From IMG/VR virus record IMGVR_UViG_3300020478_000010, positions 1-55,641 of that record: 55,641 bases of DNA. One strand, written 5' to 3'. The notes beneath the pieces are model-generated. The model was not told the DNA's origin, made no database searches, and saw only the letters and a program-made list of their open reading frames with translations. This document shows, piece after piece, positions 55,511 through 55,641 of this stretch. Made by a program: the position numbers and the translations under genes. Positions within the stretch are counted from its first letter, which is position 1, and the number at the start of each line of letters is the position of its first letter. The stretch is from a virus. Its lineage: Duplodnaviria > Caudoviricetes.

Positions 55511-55641
55511 AGTTATTCCGTCGGAGAAAACTAAGTACTTGTTTTTGTTGTGTTTTTTGGTGTCAATTTTTTGACGCACTGGCTCTTTTTATTGTCAGTT
55601 TATTGACTATTTGAAATATAGGCAGGTAGTACAAATTTGTG

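Overview
The window looks like a near-complete (~55.6 kb) lytic dsDNA podovirus genome of the HMO-2011-type / Zobellviridae-like marine lineage. The diagnostic marker is a family A DNA polymerase with a DnaJ-type CxxCxGxG zinc-finger insert; a marine alphaproteobacterial host is inferred, not shown. The + arm (1-17.4 kb) holds early genes, tRNA-Glu(TTC), an SleB-type hydrolase, an SCM-motif protein plus M28-type metallopeptidase, primase, helicase, DNA polymerase, SSB-like protein, nucleases and a class II ribonucleotide reductase. The - arm (17.4-55.1 kb) holds lysis genes, small basic proteins, terminase, portal, scaffold, capsid, tail tube/nozzle, tail fibre and large internal (ejection) proteins. 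No integrase, RNA polymerase or CRISPR array was seen. Main findings: (1) a graspetide/RimK-type ATP-grasp ligase translationally coupled to a virion protein carrying a plesiocin-like core motif (KTLMIGEDD), suggesting RiPP-style crosslinking of a phage structural protein; (2) an unannotated ArfA-like ORF with an intrinsic terminator inside its coding region; (3) two phage promoter classes and several structured RNA candidates; (4) a 23-bp direct repeat flanking a tail gene cassette; (5) a probable ATT start or frameshift for the helicase. All family assignments come from motif recognition by eye, not database searches.
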